Below are positions 1 through 15,200 of a DNA stretch of 64,000 nt, piece by piece. The DNA comes from Acanthaster planci (taxonomy: Eukaryota). Every line of letters starts with the position of its first letter. Position 1 is the first letter of the stretch. Below the pieces are notes generated by a model. It had not been told where the DNA came from. It saw only the letters and a program-made list of their open reading frames with translations, and did not search any database. The stretch spans positions 4,000,238 through 4,064,237 of the forward strand of contig NW_019091358.1 in the NCBI RefSeq assembly GCF_001949145.1. Direction: 5' to 3'. The translations under genes were made by a program, and so were the position numbers.

Positions 1-199
1 AAAAGAAAACAGAAATAGTCAGTACAACTGACACAAAGATATTATTTCACTGAACTGGTAGCTCCTAATCACAAAACATGATTGATGGAACACTGATTTA
101 TTCATGCTGCATATTTGGTCAATGTGTTGAAAACCTATGAAATATGGCACAATTGACCAACGTTTCAATATAGAACTTCTGACCAATTTCAATGCTTAC

Positions 200-293
200 T
201 TCAGCATGGTCATGAACTCATCACGGGAAAGATGGCCAGAGCGATCAACGTCGTACATGTTGAACATCAGTTTCAGCTTCTCTTCAGGCTTTC
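200..293 (-). CDS. DUOX: DUOX exon 21: EF-hand 2
   Basis: GKPEEKLKLMFNMYDVDRSGHLSRDEFMTML; ttacag| acceptor and |gtaagc donor. Confidence 0.93.
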
Positions 294-3200
294 CTGTAAT
301 TGAAACCCAAGAAATAATTAGTGCACACTTGAAAATCCTTAATTTATCATAAATCTGTTCTAACTAAAAGAGACAGATCAGAAGAAACTTTGGTTTCATT
401 CATGGTTTTCACAAAATTCTTTCACAATAATACATATGTGTTCACATTTATTGTTCAAGTTCACATGTTCACAATGATTACCATACTAAAACCAGGATTT
501 TCATCCCCTGCCACAAAATCTTTGCTGATACCATTAGTTAACAGTGTATTTGGGACACTATCATAGAAACCCCTTCTGCACAAAAAACTACCTAGTGTTT
601 GGGTCTACCTTTAGCAAAGATGACAATGACGTCCAGAAACTCGCGGAAGGACAAGGCACCACTCTGGTCTTTGTCCACCAAATCGAACATCTGCTCCACG
701 AAGATCGAGTCCGGAGGCATGGACAGCATCTCAGCAAACTCTGTCTTGGTCAGCTCATTGTTCAAGACGTCTTTGGCATCAGTCCTCTCCAGCTCAGACA
801 AATCCGTGGAGTCCACCGACTCATTGAAGGCCTTTGGGTAAATGGTTTGGGAACTTTAAACACCAAACTGCAAAACAACTGGATTGACTAGTTGTTTTCA
901 TCCCAAAAGGATGCAATGAGATATTAGATGAATGAATGTAAATTTACATACGGATACAGTGGAACACCACTATACCGAACATTTGGCTGTACTGAACATT
1001 GTCCTTGGCTCCAATATTTTGTGCATAAAACCTATCGAACATTATGTAATTGCAAATCAACCTAGATTCACCACAGTATGCATCAGAGATCGATCCTGAA
1101 CGATAGCTTTACGACTTTTTAGAATAAACTAAACTTCGATTTCGTGACTCAAGATTTAATAAAAAAAACAAAAATAATTAACAGATACATTTCTAGAAAC
1201 CTCACATGAATGCAACCGCAAAACATCACGAAAACAGCGAATCACAGTATCACGAGAGGGTACACTTCATTAAACAAGAGAGGGCGCTATTCAACATGGC
1301 AATGAAAAGTTCGGCAGTTAATTTCCCTTTACCGAACGACCACTGTACCGAACATGTAGTGTGGTAATAGTGGCATTCCACTGTACACACGTGCCACACT
1401 GTGACCATTTCGTGATCAAACAAACCTGTTGAACATATGGAAACTATTGGGAAAGCTGTTCATAGTTTCATAAAAACACTCTTATATTATCAGTTTATGT
1501 AAGAAATTTTACACAAACTAGCAACATGTTCAATGAAAAATTCTGCAAGTTAATTAAAAAAGCCGATCCTTTTGCCACAGTCTTTTAATGTTTATTTTGA
1601 AGTCAAAATATTAGGGGGGCAGGATTTCAGCACAGCAAAATTGTTGGCACAACCACTGCCACGGCAAATTCACGGCCCTGACCAGTCTGCACAAACAAAC
1701 ATGTACCTGCACCTTCCGTACTGCATAGTTTGCCAAAAGATATGGCATATGGCTGAGATTGTAACAGAGATAACCATCCCTTTGTTAAAGCGTAAATCTA
1801 AATTTTCCTCCTTCTTTGCCTTTCTGTGTAATGGCCCAGGGATGTGATGTTTGCATCGTTTCATAACGATACCAAGTGAGATGTCTGTCCCTTACATCGT
1901 TAATGTAATTGAGACATTAATAAAGTTTGCCCTTGAAAGCAAGCCAGAGTGATTTAGAACAATTTTTCACAGCAAAATAATAACACACTCAAAAATAAAA
2001 TAATAAGACTAATAAATGTTCACATGCCTTTCTCTTTCATTAAAATGGTGAATTCCTGTTTTTTGAGTAATCACAGGCCACTCACCTGGGCAAATGCCAC
2101 ACGGAAAAAGCGTTCCAGTGTCTTCTGCCGGTGCTCTTTGGTGATGGCCATTCTCAACAGGTCCTTCTCCCGGGTCTCCTGACGTTCCTGGCCCAGGCCC
2201 ACTTCCCCACTGCCCAGGAAGCTCTGCAGCTCACTGATGTACTCCGTCCGGCTCTCAATGTCATCAAACTTCAGCACCAGGTCGTACTCTCGCTCCATGT
2301 GTAAAAGGACGTAGCGACGGTTGCCGTCTGGCGACACACACAGGGTGATCTTCTGGTGGTGGGCCAGGTCGATGGTTCGGTACAGCTTGTTGCCACGCTC
2401 GTTCATCACTTTGATGGCTTTGCCTGGTCCCAAGGCCACCTGGATGGGCCGGGTACCAGACTTGCTGCCACACCATTCAAGAGCTATTTGTACAAGAAAC
2501 CACATTAACCAAAACTGATTGAAGAACAAGGGCATTATACACCACTACAAATACATGTAAAAACATGATTTGTTGAGTAATCTCAGAAAAATGCTTTTTG
2601 ATGTTTGAGAGCTCACGGACAACTCATTGGAGTTCAACTAAAGCCAAAAAAGGACTCCCCTCAAAATTGGGCTTCGCAACAATGTGTTTTAAAATGACCA
2701 TAGACCTTAAAAACAATGATGTCGGGCTGTGTTTACACATGCGCTTTCTTATGGGGACTTGATGGCTTTCGTCCCACCCTAGTGGCATAGGAAAGTGCAA
2801 AGGTTGACATCATGTTACAGGGCTATTAAATGTTGGACTCATTCTGTAGTAACAGGTCACATTTTGTAATTTTTTGTTTGAAGCTAAGATGATTCAAATA
2901 TGGAAATTTCAAATCATTGTCCAATGTCAGCCCTCTTTAGCAAACAATAAGGAAACAGACAAGGAAACTAACCGTAACAAACTTGCAGCCATTACTGTCG
3001 GCAAGATTTTCACCTACCTGGGAATTTCTGTAGAGATTCGGGTCCTTTGCCTTTGCGAGTTTTAGTGCGCGTAGCCTTACGTACTTCCTCAGTGGCCTTA
3101 GTGCGTCTCCTGGCACAAATGAACAATGTGAGTACAACGCCTGGGGGAAAAAAAAAAACAGAATTAGGTGGATTATATACAGGATTTGGTAGCAAGACCT

Positions 3201-6200
3201 TGCTTTGATTTTTAAGTTAAAATATTTTGAAAGAGGATATTATCAATCATTAAAAAGGATACCACTGAGAAGTGACAGCAAGTTCAGTCTTCCCCAATAA
3301 TTTGAAAACTTGTGGCCTGATATCGAATCTGCTTTAAGGTCAGTTCATACTTGGCATGAAGGCAAACACGAAAACAAGTTCTGTGAGGCCAGATCAAACA
3401 TTTGTGCTGTGAAGTCCAAATCATATGCCTGTGGGCTGGAAATAACGCACTGATCTATGGAACTGTGCACCAGACTTTAACGGTATTTCAGCCAGAGCCG
3501 TATATTTTGGGCACAGCCTTTAACGTGCTGGTCTGGCAAAACACTAGTCAGTATGTTACGAGATCAGACTACATGAGGGGGGGTCCATGTGAAACAAACA
3601 GGCTTAAATGAGAACTCAGGAAAGGGTACGACAAAAATGGTTTGACATGTTGAGATTTAAAGTGATCACAAAAAGATTGAGGTTACTAAAATGAGATATT
3701 TAATATTCGAGCTTGGACATTTCACCATGAAATCAATCATTCTGTAGATTGGCTGACCAAAATTTATTTGCTCCGTAACAAACTTTGTGTTTTGGGGCAA
3801 AATCTTACTATCTATTATAAGTCAGTCGAAATGAGAGAGAGAAAAAAATCTTGTCTTACCAAGACAGAACAAGCCCAGGGCAAAGTAGGACACTGCATAG
3901 GAGATCTCACTACCAGTGAAATAATCAAAGGTATACAGCATGGTGCATTCTTCCATATCCTTCTCATTGATGGAATGATTTTCATTGGGATGCATATCCC
4001 AACACGGGTCACCTAGGAAAGGGGCAGGCAACAACTGATTGTTATGTCAATTACGCGACAGTGGCATATGCATACTTGGCATTTGCGAGTTGGCATACGG
4101 CCCTGCTGATAAGGCCGACCTCACGCATGTATGTCGATATTCTTGAATGACACTCACATCAAGATTGCGCTTTTGAAATGCTGAACTGACTTATTGAATG
4201 CTTTTGGCAAAGGACGTCCAACCATATCAATTAGCCCTTACAGGTAAATGGTTAACATACAAGAAGGCATCACATGCATATGAAGTGGGAAGTAAATCAG
4301 TGTTTAACCACTTNNNNNNNNNNNNNNNNNNNNNNNNNNNNNNNNNNNNNNNNNNNNNNNNNNNNNNNNNNNNNNNNNNNNNNNNNNNNNNNNNNNNNNN
4401 NNNNNNNNNNNNNNNNNNNNNNNNNNNNNNNNNNNNNNNNNNNNNNNNNNNNNNNNNNNNNNNNNNNNNNNNNNNNNNNNNNNNNNNNNNNNNNNNNNNN
4501 NNNNNNNNNNNNNNNNNNNNNNNNNNNNNNNNNNNNNNNNNNNNNNNNNNNNNNNNNNNNNNNNNNNNNNNNNNNNNNNNNNNNNNNNNNNNNNNNNNNN
4601 NNNNNNNNNNNNNNNNNNNNNNNNNNNNNNNNNNNNNNNNNNNNNNNNNNNNNNNNNNNNNNNNNNNNNNNNNNNNNNNNNNNNNNNNNNNNNNNNNNNN
4701 NNNNNNNNNNNNNNNNNNNNNNNNNNNNNNNNNNNNNNNNNNNNNNNNNNNNNNNNNNNNNNNNNNNNNNNNNNNNNNNNNNNNNNNNNNNNNNNNNNNN
4801 NNNNNNNNNNNNNNNNNNNNNNNNNNNNNNNNNNNNNNNNNNNNNNNNNGTAGTGGTTAAATTTTTAGGCTGTGGCTTGAAATCACTCCAGATTGTTTGG
4901 AAGTGGCTGCTACCTCTATTATAGACTCAAGTGCAATTTCAAGTTCCAACCAAGACATTTGGACATGTCCTTACCACCATTTTGAGAGTGTCATTGGCTT
5001 CTGATTTGGAATATTTTGTGGGAGGAGTGTGCGTTAAGTGATAGATTTTTCAGTGTGACTAAACACTATCTGAAATGGTATCCTATAAATTAGTATAAAT
5101 TGTGTTTTGTGTTGAATTTGGTGGATTTCTACAGTTCTCCATCAGTCTCCAATTTGAAAGCAGTGGTCTTTCTCCCAACACTTAATGAGGCTTTTGTGCT
5201 CCAAGAAGCTACATGTTTGCCAGCACTGGCTGGTACCAAGTCAACATGCAAACCCTTGCTTATATAACCAAAGAAAGAAAATGGCAACAAATGTGTGACA
5301 CTATGGCTAAGAGAGAAGACGATTAAATGCAAATATATTTACCGGCCATGTAATGGAATACATCTTGTTGGACCTCCCCTGGTTTTATATTAGTTGCAAG
5401 AATCAGGACATCGTACACCGAGATGTTGTTCCTGATGTATTCAATCTGCTCTTTGGTAAACAATCTAAATGAAAAAACAATTGCCAAGGATAAGCTAATG
5501 TTTAACCAAATACCAACTCATATTATACTTTTTGTTTAGCTTCACAAAACAGCAATATTTTTTTTAAGTGAGCGAACCATCCAAGATGGGTGGAAGGTAA
5601 AGATGTTTAGGACATTCTTTCCTGCCAAAGACTGAGACCGAATGTAAATTTTGAGATACATTTGCCTCAGAAAGTGTCAAAATCTGGTCACTTTTAGGGG
5701 TTGCCTTTTAGCTTTAAAAACTAAAACAGCATTTGAAGTAATGAAAAAAAATGGCAATTGTATAGAATTATTCTCCACACTGTGAACGATGAATTAGTCA
5801 TTCATTACGTTAAAAACTTACTTCAAGACTTTTTCTGCAAAGTTACCTGCTCAAACTTATAAAAAAAACACCACCTGTTACTGAAACCTTGCAAAATGAA
5901 AAAGATTTCAAGGGCACTAAGACTGACCCATTCTGTTCATTCTCAAACCAAAAACGGTCTCCATCACGGGTCCGTAAAAACTGATCCAAGATGATTTTCC
6001 GGAAAAGAGGTCCGGGCCCATTAGCGGTGGTTTCCAAAAGCCCTCCTGGCCAGATGTCAATCTTTGATAAGTCACCCTTACACACCTCTTCAAGATTATC
6101 AAGAATCTGTAAAAGTATGAGATGGTAACATCCATTACTTCTTTTCTAGATTGTTTAAATATCTAATCTGCGGAAAAACATATGTGAACAGGAAAATGCA

Positions 6201-9200
6201 AGGTACTTAAACCAGAAAGAACTGGGTCAATATAAGAATTGCAATTTCACTTCTTTTCCATCAGTAGATTACCCTCTGTTACAGACAAGAGTTTGTGAGT
6301 TGCACTGATCCAAATTGAAAGCAAGATTTGAATTAGATTCAATGTCTGCAACAATGAGGAACATTGAAGAAGAGCAAGCAGGTAAAAGATTGAACACTTG
6401 GAGTCATTTAGAATGACTAAGGAGGGAATTATTTTCAGACATCACTCAAGTACAAGACAAATCAGCCTTTTGCGAGTAAAATTTGAATAAAATCTCGTAC
6501 ACTAGGTTCTTTAAATTCATGTGAACATAACAATTAGAATTCTCCATACTAAAGCCACTGTTGCTATACCTCGTGATTTGGGGCAAGCTTTTCCTTAGTT
6601 ACATAAGAGATGCCTTGTGACAATACACTGTTCAAAATGGAAAAGATGGCACAAAGGAACCAGAGATGGTGGTTGCCGAGAATCCTGAGGTATAGCCTTA
6701 GTGTCTTTCACGGTCTGGGGAATTCAAATTGTTGTTTACATGAATTTAAAGAACTCAGTGTACCAGATTTTATTCACATTTAACTTGCAAATGATTTATT
6801 CAATGCAAATGCATGTAACTGTATAAAAGTAATGACCTTATGACACATAAAAAATCCATTATTAAAAACAAAGTTGTGTGTCAGTGCACTGTAAATTTTG
6901 CTCGGTTCATGCATTTTTAATAAATACATGAATATCATATTCCTCCATGCAACGAATGAAAATAGACATTTTGGGTAACAACTTTTTTGTACCTGACAGA
7001 AGTGAAAATAAAGACTTGCAAAATATCAATTTCAGTACAACATAATTAAGGTCTTTTGCATTTATGTCAGTATTGCTGACCCTATACAAATTAAGCTTAC
7101 CTATTTGAAACCACAATTTAATTGGGCTGACCCATATTGCTCCTAATCTATTTTTGGCTGGTGCAACTTTGGAAAGCCTGACTGAACTAGATACTGCCTA
7201 TATAAAAGAGATTGTATGTGAAAAGGCGTAAGAGCCAGGTAACTGTGTACTCACTGACGGATCGATGCCTGTCTGGTCATTTTCAAAAATGGTGGCATTA
7301 TTGATTTCCCTGAAACTCTTGACTGGTGTCAATCCTAGAGCTTCACGTGCCGTGTTGTAGTCTGGCAGTCCGTGGTCACGACCTCGCTGGATGTTTTGTG
7401 CCATCAGGTCACGACGTGAGAAGTCCAAAGGACCAAAAACACGCCCTGTACGGACAATCAAAGTTGTTCCACATAAGGGAAAAGTTTGATTTTTATGGCA
7501 TAGTCATGATAAATCAAATCCAAGTGAATGAATTTAGAGGGATATGCATGCGATGGTCACATGATACTAATTTTTGGCTAACATGCAAAAAACAAAACAA
7601 AAAAAACCACCAATCTGTATACGTGTGTTACCTCAAATACTTGAACAACGTATACTGTAATATAAAAATGCTGATTTTTGTCCGATTAAAATACCTTGTC
7701 CCAATGACACATCTTCCAAGAAGTGATATATCCTACTGGGTTGCACCTCCAAACTGTAATTTACTTTATTCAATTCAGTAAATGAATGAACTAGATGAGT
7801 CAGATGCCATTACTGCAGTGGTATCTTCCTCACAGGAGGGTCCATACATGAATGTTATACGCACCACTATGACCAATAGGGTAATATGATTCATCAAAGT
7901 GAACGTGAACCACGACAAACCCTCATTTTGCTAAAACTGTCACCCAGTCAAAAATTCAATCCACTCACTTCTGCCTTTACTTTATGCACATGCCAGTCAA
8001 ATTCAATCGACAGACACAACAGCAGGTGATTGGTAGCAAGAGCTGGCTTATCAATCATCAAAAGTCAAGGCACTGTCTCAGCCAATCACTTTTGCTTTAT
8101 GTAGGCAGGGGACACTAAACTGTTAACAGTCACTTGACTGATTTTGACTGATAGGATGACTTTTTCCTGAATGAACGCTTGCAGGAAGGGTTTTGAGAAT
8201 AGAAACAAGAGAACAAAAGAGGGTAATGCTGCAATAGAGTATTAATTACTCAAATTTGACATCTAAAGTAGGAATCCTAATGCAAATTAATGGAAAGCAC
8301 ATTGGTTCTCACGCTAATGCCTCTTACACACACAGATGTGTGATGCATTCACATCTGTACCCTACAACATCCAAGTGCGACATCACTTTGAACCAGAAAA
8401 AGTAGTGCAAACGAATGTTGGCTCACACACTGCTTCTTGCACTAATGCCTTTCAAACACAGAATTGTGCCTGTGACGTATCGACTTCAGTACTCTGTAAT
8501 GGAATTCCCTTTAGAGACACAAGGTGTCAGATATCTTTGAAGACATGTGCCACAGACTGGCCATTGCTATCCAATGGCCCTTGATCTAATGGCATTTGTA
8601 CTTACGTTGCAGATCAATGGTGATAATGTTATCCTCACGTTCTGTTATCTGGGAGGCCATACCCATCAAGAAGTTCTCAATGTCATACTCGCGGATAGGC
8701 AGCTGCAGGAGTACAGTACAAGAGGAGCAGACTGAATGCACTGAAACCTCAAAGGACACGTGCGTGCAATATTTTTACAGTGTGCCATGCTGGCAATCCT
8801 AATGAATGCTTCCCAAAGAAGAAAACCTAAAACAGACATGATACACACCTGTGGGTTCCAGAAAGAGTTGCACGTTCGAACTCCATGCACTGGGCTAAAC
8901 TGAGTGCCAGGGATGTTACTAGACTCTAGTGAAGTGTTCAGAAAGTTACACTGCGCATCTCTGTTGGTGTTAACAAAACAAAGAACAGCGAAGCAACTTT
9001 AAAAAAAAAGCCAACTATTCCTTTCCTACATAATTTTTGATCTGATCTACAGTTTCCATAACTACATTGGCAGTCTCTGTAATAGCAGTTTTCTATCACA
9101 TTTGACAATGGGTGCCAGTTTCATTGTGTTCATTTGTTCAATTAAAAATACAGTGCACCGTGAAGAGGATATTTTCTTCAAAGTATTACTTCAAATGGCC

Positions 9201-12200
9201 AACACCCATGCACAAACACAAACTAGTAATACTTCTGCAGAAATCTTGGACAATTTGTAATTTTTTCAATGTGTGTGCTTTCAGTTGAACAGTTTTTGCT
9301 TGCTACATATAATTCATACTCCACACACCTACGATAGACCCCTGGTGGGACTAATGTGTGTCCAAAGCGCATGGCAGCTGACTGAAACTCATGGGTTATT
9401 CCTGGATGTACATAGCTCTTATAACCTACAGGTACAGAAAAATTCAGAGAGCAGAATGTATATAAATATAATTGTGCATCCAAATTATACTTCAATCATA
9501 GTTGTAAATAGCATGATGTTTAAAAATAAAGGCATTATGGAATAGTTTTACGATCACACAGGGCTAGAACAGCATGCCCTCAACCAAGAAATTATTACTC
9601 TTAAAGTTAATACATAGTCGTTGCCCACATAAAAGCTTAACTTCCAGATCAGAAATAGTCTAAATCACATTCTTCTCCTCTCAATGTTTCTTGTTTTTGT
9701 CTCTAAATGTGGTTCAATAAAACAATACACACCTGTATATCTGTTTGTTTCAATTTCCTCAGCATCCATATTCAAGAAGGCAGGTAGCCAGTCATAAAGT
9801 ACGATTTTCTGAGTAAGAAAGACGTAACTGATCAGTAATATAATATGTGACCTTTTATGTACCTCCAAACCCTGTATCTGTATAAAGAACTAATCAGACA
9901 CTTGTCAAGGTCCAAATAATGTATCACACAATGTTTCGTAAACTAAATCCCAGTAGTTGGACAGATGTTGATAATTCTTTGTAAAGTAAAACAAGTGGGC
10001 GCAAACAAATTGAATGATTTTTAGTACAAGGTCCAATTTAGGCAAAACGTTGGATGGATTTTGAATTGGCCTCATTCAAAAATATTCAGGTAGCATCCTT
10101 TTTAGCATTTGTAATTACCTGGTAAGTGGCAATGACCCACTTGCGAGCTTCATTGAAGATGCGTTCATCATTCCACTCATAACGGTGATCCATGGTTGAA
10201 TTGTAGATTTTGTCAGCCCAGTAGTTGTGCCAGCGGAACCACAATATGCCAAAGGTCAGCAGGAATGGGTTCTCATTGCCACGAGGGTTTCCAAGTTCTA
10301 ATGGTACAAAAGTTTGAAAACACTCTTAATGTGCCCTTAATCTACCGAGATATGTGCACGGATGATGTCAGTTATTTTTACATGTATGCTTTCTGATAGA
10401 GCTTGGAATCTATGCCCCCTTTAGGCTCCCATAAAAAACTACGTGGGGAAGTCAGGTTGCTTTGTGTTTCTTTCCTCGCCTTCCACCTCTGGGGGCCTGG
10501 GTTCGAATCCACATGTGGATTTGGTTTTTAGTCCCAACTAGAGTCTGTGGATTCCCCCGAATCATTTATCCGGGCTTTTCCTCTGACCTCTAAAACTGAA
10601 CATTTTTATCATTCTGTAATTAGTATAAAGTAAATGTGCTATTGAATATAAATATCAATAAATGAAAGTAAATAAAGAAACATGTCAACAAAGTATGACA
10701 CAGTCAGTACAGAAACTGTAATTGAGTTCCAGTGTGGGGAAAAAGGTGGAAGGAACGTCCATACTCACTGAAGAATCGTCTTACATTCCTGAGAACGTGA
10801 TCTTTGGCTTCTGCTGGGGGCGGCACATTTGCCATGGGAAGACCTATCGTGTTCTCCTCTGGGAAGCCCTTCTCATTTGGGTTGTTCTTGGAGTTGTCTG
10901 CCAGGCGACCACCCTCGAAGGATCGCAACGCATCAGCCCAGGCCTTGGTGGTTCCATACACCAGACCACCGTCGATCCATGGGGTTATTTCATTCAACTG
11001 CATGGATTTAAGGAGGAACAGATAGATTCCATGAAATGGAAGGCCTTTCTGTTATTTTCTCATAGAGTCTGTTTCAAAGGTGTATTTTTGTCAAGAATAA
11101 GTCAATTTCTAACAGTTTAAGCCTATACACAGATACACATATCAAAACACTGTATGATCACTATTGTCCAAGATTGTGGGATTGTGGCAGGAAGAAGTGG
11201 GTCCGAGTCCCATCCTAGTAAGCTTGAGCATTTTTTCACAAGTTCTCGAAAAAAACACCGAGCATACAGTGTTATGAATATATATATCAGTGTAAGGGCA
11301 AACCCAGTAAAAACTGAAATTACTCTGATGCAAAATACATTTTTGGGTATAAGGGTAAAACCCATAAAAAGTTTTAAATTGCAGAATCTGCAGCTGATTT
11401 TATGAAACTTTAGGCAATGGCATAACAAATTAAGACCGATTTCGGTAAACTTGCTTAAGTCTTATGAAACAAATCATGGCTTAAAATGTGCAGTTATTTT
11501 AGGTTGTACAAGATGCGCGAAACGTAGCCATAATAAATGATTTGACCAGCTTATCATGTTCAGTAAAGCCTCATCATTGCTGCTCTTAACAAGGCTTACA
11601 CAAGAAAGGTAAATGTTGTTGTAGAAGGTCCAGAAAAACTTGTTTGGCTATGAGAGAACTGCAAGATTTTCTGTCCGGTTCTGATGAGGAGAAGTGGAAA
11701 ACTATTCCAAAATGGCAGGTGGAGGTGATTTAATGACTGTTTAATGACTGTTGGGATATTGGAAAGTAGCAACTATTGTAAAAGCCGATATTGTCCTCAT
11801 CCCAAAAATTTAATGTTATTAAAAAGTGGTGCAGCTACGGAACTTGCGTGAAATCGAACGCAAGTATACTGCGCATCTACAGCATAAATTTTCAGCGCAA
11901 GGCTTACGCATGGTTCAGAGTTACGTCACATTTCGTGAAATTGGCTGCTGGTGCCTCCACAAAGAAAAAAGTGGTCTCCTTGCGGTATTACCTGTTCACG
12001 GGGTACGTTTGGTGAATAACCAGTGTTGAAGCTGTAGCGGGTTCTCAAGAATGGAATGAAGTCCACGGGACCATGTGAGTTGTTTTTAGTCATGTCCTTG
12101 TACTCGTGACCCTCTGGAATTTCAATGTTCTCATACTCAGGGGGACAACCTGCCCCTTGGGCATCCAAGATCTCTTCAACAACTTGTTGTCCTGGTGGTT

Positions 12201-15200
12201 TAAAAAGGATGTGTTAGAGTCATAACTCGAAGCGAAGTCATATGCTTAAACCAGCATCGGCAGAAGAACTTCAAAGTAGAAATGTCTTCAACTGCAAGAG
12301 CATTCAGCCAAGATATGAAAAAATAATTCATTTAGGAAATAAACCCACTAGCACTAAGTATACTATGCAGGGATGGTACACACAATTCCAGCAGCAAATA
12401 TTAGAGGAAGTTGAAATATTTGAATAAGTTAAAGGCTGCCTAAATTTAGTCCTTGTTTGCCTATACAAATTATTGACAATTTATTTCAACCTCTCTTCCT
12501 CTCACTTAAAAGGCTTCCGAGTCAAATTGACAGTGCAAAACCCACCGAAGAATGTCATGAATGCTGTCCGGTTGAGGAAGGACGGAAGACCAGTGTCGCC
12601 CCTCATGGTCGCCTCACTAACGTCGATTGGGTTAGGTCTGTCCTTCCCGGCCATCATGTACACACCATCAGCATAGGCAACAGGAAGTCTTCTTGTCAAA
12701 GGAAGCTCTGGAAAAGAAAAAGACTCTTGAAAGTACTGAATAACTTGAAGAAAACAGAAGGCAGAAAATGTAGATCTGGATGGACCACTAAAAATAAGGT
12801 GTCGTCCCACAACAATTTTCTACAGATCTTGGTAGAAGTCACCTGTAGAATTTCTCAGTTGACACAGGGTGCACAAATGCTACAGCACAGAGTGTCCACA
12901 AACTGCCATTAATGTACATACTAATCACAAAGACTATACACAGGGATTGGAGGTGATACAAAATCCTCAAATCAAAATAATTTCTCAAGCTTGCATCCAG
13001 CCCGTTGGGCTCTTTGGGCTGCATTAATATAATGCGAGGTTACATTCTTAATTTTTTACCTGTTTCCAAATATTATCTACATTTAGCAAGTCCGACTAGT
13101 TGTGAACTGACTTTTGTTACTCAAATTAAACTTTCAAAATTTTTCTTTCACATCAAAAACTCATCGCCAAATGTTGCATCTTATAGAAATTTTAAAACTG
13201 AGGTTTGTCCTTTAACAATCTTTCTTTGCATCAGAGATGTTCCCAGATTCTAACTGGCCCCAATTCACTTGATGGCCAAGTGGAATGCACGAGTAATTAG
13301 GTGTATCTGCCCTAGTTAGAAGCACCCATCATCATGAAGAGACAGCCTGGTGGAGCAAAATTTCAACTTGGGGCACAACGCACGTGACTACTGTGTATTT
13401 TAAACAAGTTGTTTGCTCGTACTCAGCACATCTTGCACCAAAGAGCATAAGCCTGTGCACACACATAGACACAGTATTTTCCCACCAGAAAGGGCATCAT
13501 TCTCATGCAAAATTATGCCATCCTTTGTTCAGAGGATACCCAGGAGGCAGATTTCTTTTCTCAGCACTCTTGAACATCAGCAAATGTAGAGACCAATCAG
13601 AAGAGATGCCATACTTGGGATGGAGGCTGGCATGAATTTTGAATTCCAAAGATCATAGTCAAAGCAATCCATGGTACCATCACAAGTGACAGCTATTTAC
13701 AGTGTTTAAGGTGAAATCAATTTGGCACAGGTGATACCAGATCTTGAAAAGAAAGTCCTCCCCTATCTTTATGTAACCACTTTTACAAACCTGATCCACC
13801 CCAGTCGGGATGGGCCATGTTGTTATACCAGCCATCATATCCTTCGTACTCTCTGTGGTAATAGTCGAAAACACCGATTCGCTCTACAAAGGCATAAACA
13901 AAAGAAAAGAAGTTACAACCTGCCTTGTAGCAATGTTTTGTTTAACCTAAACTGGCACTGGCATAACAGACTTGACTAAACGCATTTTGTTTGTTTCAAG
14001 TGTAAAAAGTGCTCAAATGAAATTTCCAGGATTTCACATCCCAGGACCAGTTTTATTTCATTTTTACATCACTTCTTTTCTACATCGCGACAATAATAAC
14101 GGTCAGTTGCCATCATATTACGGATATGCCCCAAACTCAAGTGGCTTTGTTTGAATATGTGAATCAAAGCTAAGCCACATATAAAAAAAACCATTCCGCT
14201 GTCAGCTATTCACTAGGATATAATAAACTGGATTGCTGAAGTATTTGAACCTATTAAACCTGGTATGCTTTGAAGAAATAAGAGACATTGCTTTTGCTTT
14301 AAATAGAAAGTGGATTAAAGACAACGGAGGATAACAGAAGGGGGGCAATCAGGGACCATTTGACACTCTCAATAGGAAGCCAAAAGGGAGCCACTGTTAC
14401 TGGAAAACTAATGAAAAGGGTTGTCTTCCTCTACCTTTTCCCTTCCTTAGACCATGCCTCAGAAAGGCCATAAAATTATCCAATTTTTTTTTGCCCCCGA
14501 ACTTTATGCCCCTCAAAATCTGGTTCTGGATGTACACTTTCTCGAGGGCACAGGACCACTCTATAGATACAAGGTTGCTAGTGTAGGGTATGCCCTCCTC
14601 ATGTGATGCAGCAAATTACGAAGTGACTTGGACAAAAGTAACCTCTGAATATGAAATGAATTACTGTATGATAGTTTTGACTATCGAACAGAAAATCTTA
14701 CCTTCATATTGTCTCCGTTCTTCAGGACTTAACATGCCATCATCAGAAGCTAGAAAAGGACCAGAAAAAAATGAAATCTTAAAAAAGTCCAAGTCTGCAT
14801 TGAAATGCATGACGACTTTGGAATGAAAATGACATGAACTGCCAGCTGTTACTTTTGCAAGTTTGAAGTGGGGATACCAGCCAGTGATTTAAGGAAATGC
14901 CCTTATTGGAATCTTGTAGGAAAAAAGACAGTTATTAGCAATGTATCATTAGTACATGTAGTTACTAACTATTCACCAACTTTAAACCAGATGGAAGTAC
15001 ATACATGTACATGTGATTGCAATTTTGGAATGTTGTGCCCCCAGCAAGACCCGAGTCAATTGATTAAAATTCATTAATGGCACCTTGCTTTGGTGTACTA
15101 CATCTCACACTGGTGGACAATTCAGATGTAAGATGCGGTACGCATTAACATTTGAAGATCCAACACCAAAAAGCTGTTAGGACCTCTGACTAGTTTTTCG

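Noticed and set aside
832..867. Stronger-looking upstream acceptor (ttttgcag) for DUOX exon 20
   Set aside because: It would add TTT GGT GTT TAA, an in-frame stop.
4314..4849. Possible missing DUOX exon inside the gap
   Set aside because: Flanking exons join in phase and give a continuous DUOX-like sequence (QQDVFHYMAGDPC).
4198..4924. Long ORFs of 220 and 216 aa in the ORF track
   Set aside because: Artefacts of translating through the N gap.
5129..5332. Minus-strand 67-aa ORF in a DUOX intron as an alternative exon
   Set aside because: No DUOX similarity, weak splice sites, and not needed for frame continuity.
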